The translations under genes and the position numbers were made by a program. Shown piece by piece: positions 63,079-64,000 of a stretch of 64,000 nt of DNA. The notes below the pieces were generated by a model. It was not told the DNA's origin and searched no databases. It was given only the letters and a program-made list of their open reading frames with translations. The stretch comes from an uncultured Actinomycetota bacterium (GTDB lineage Bacteria; Actinomycetota; Actinomycetes; Frankiales; Frankiaceae): contig CAVVHC010000002.1 in the NCBI GenBank assembly GCA_963747915.1, forward strand, positions 882,846 to 946,845, in the 5' to 3' direction. Position 1 is the stretch's first letter. The number at the start of each line of letters is the position of its first letter.

Positions 63079-63088
63079 AACACCCAAC

Positions 63089-63739
63089 ATGAACAAAATC
63101 CCAAAAGTGTTCATTGCCGCGCCAGCTACCGAGGAGACGGCCGGACAGGCGACCGCCGCTGACGCCACCCGGGCCGCGATTCTCACCGCCGCGCACGAAT
63201 GCTTGAGCGAGCTCGGGATCCGGCGCACGTCGGTCGAGGCGGTTGCCCGCCGCGCCGGGGTCGCCCGCGGCACCGTCTACCTGCACTTCTCGGACAAGGA
63301 CACGCTCGTCGGAGCGGTGCTGCTGCGCAACGGTGAGGCGGTGCGCGACCAGCTTGCCGAGCAGCTCGAAGGCGTGACCTCGCTGGCCGAGCAGCTTGCG
63401 ACCAGCGCGCGGTTCAGCGTCTCCCCGCAGCGCGGCGAGCTCCTCGTCCAGCTGCGGGAACGGGAGCCGGCGGCGCTCGCGCTCATGGTGCTCACCGACT
63501 CCCACTCCTGGATCGCGCAGTCGGCGCGCTTCTGGCTGCCCCGGCTGCGCGCCGCTCAGCAGCAAGGACAGTTGCCCGCCGCGCTGGACGTCGAGGCCGC
63601 CGCGGAGTGGGTGGCCCGCACGCTGTACACGGTCTCGACCGTGCCGTCTGAACGTGTCGATCTCGAGCGGCGTGACGGCCGCGAGATCGGCGAGTACGTG
63701 AGCCAATTCCTGCTCTCCGGATTGAGGTGCCCGGCGTGA
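63089..63739 (+). CDS. TetR-family transcriptional regulator
   Basis: ATG at 63089 (MNKIPKV...). HTH region ILTAAHECLSELGIRRTSVEAVARRAGVARGTVYLHFSDKDTLV. Confidence 0.85.
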   Translation: MNKIPKVFIAAPATEETAGQATAADATRAAILTAAHECLSELGIRRTSVEAVARRAGVARGTVYLHFSDKDTLVGAVLLRNGEAVRDQLAEQLEGVTSLAEQLATSARFSVSPQRGELLVQLREREPAALALMVLTDSHSWIAQSARFWLPRLRAAQQQGQLPAALDVEAAAEWVARTLYTVSTVPSERVDLERRDGREIGEYVSQFLLSGLRCPA

Positions 63740-64000
63740 CGCTGCAGATCGTCGATGCGGACAACCATTACTACGAGCCCGACGACGCGTGGACGCGCCA
63801 TCTCGAGCCCGCCTTCCGCGACCGGGCGATCCACATCGTCCGTGGCGATGACGGGGTGGGGCGGCCCTTCTTCGGCGACGAGCCGCTGTACTACCTGGCT
63901 CGCACCCCGCTCGATCAGGTCGGCCGCCCCGGGGCGGTCGTCGCGAACAAGGACGGCCGGTACGCGCCGCTCGCCGAAAGCGATCTGGTGCGGCCCGGCG
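63736..64000 (+). CDS. amidohydrolase_2-family protein, paralogue 3 (3' end outside window)
   Basis: GTG at 63736 overlaps the TetR stop (GTGA). VTLQIVDADNHYYEPDDAWTRHLEP is a typical N-terminus for this family. Confidence 0.72.
   Translation, partial: MTLQIVDADNHYYEPDDAWTRHLEPAFRDRAIHIVRGDDGVGRPFFGDEPLYYLARTPLDQVGRPGAVVANKDGRYAPLAESDLVRPG

Overview
Very GC-rich DNA (roughly 70% by eye, not computed) from an actinobacterial chromosome. Coordinates, starts and frame-break positions below were read by hand from the sequence and ORF track. No searches were run. The left two thirds are core genome. They hold dcd (partial), an Rv0338c-like membrane Fe-S reductase, dnaK-grpE-dnaJ-hspR followed directly by clpB (each promoter has a HAIR-like operator), two SDRs and pyrE. 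Ten purine genes are spread over about 22 kb: a purQ-purL-x-purF-purM operon, then purS, purC, purB, purE, purD and purA. Interleaved with them are a PAS-GGDEF-EAL protein, an RsbW-like kinase, a lipid-type operon and TldD/PmbA. After that come a DUF3151-like gene, two Rpf-like muralytic genes each behind a ydaO-type c-di-AMP riboswitch, fbaA, a flavoprotein disulfide reductase, dedA, DUF3073 and bldC. Gene order resembles the M. tuberculosis Rv0338c-Rv0364 neighbourhood. The right third looks accessory. It holds a broken second GGDEF-EAL gene, a broken P450 and a broken SDR. It also holds a catabolic-looking island with three amidohydrolase_2 paralogues, a class II aldolase, a crotonase, a KshA-like Rieske oxygenase, an alpha/beta hydrolase, a sulfotransferase and three TetR genes. 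A DUF559 gene there is bracketed by two 75-nt palindromic repeats. A lower-GC 3.1-kb segment bounded by 18-bp inverted repeats carries an IS5-type transposase, a GNAT and an intact TnpB, and abuts a truncated vapC. No rRNA, tRNA or CRISPR array was seen. The main oddity is that seven genes need 18 frame corrections, and every one is in the direction of an extra base.
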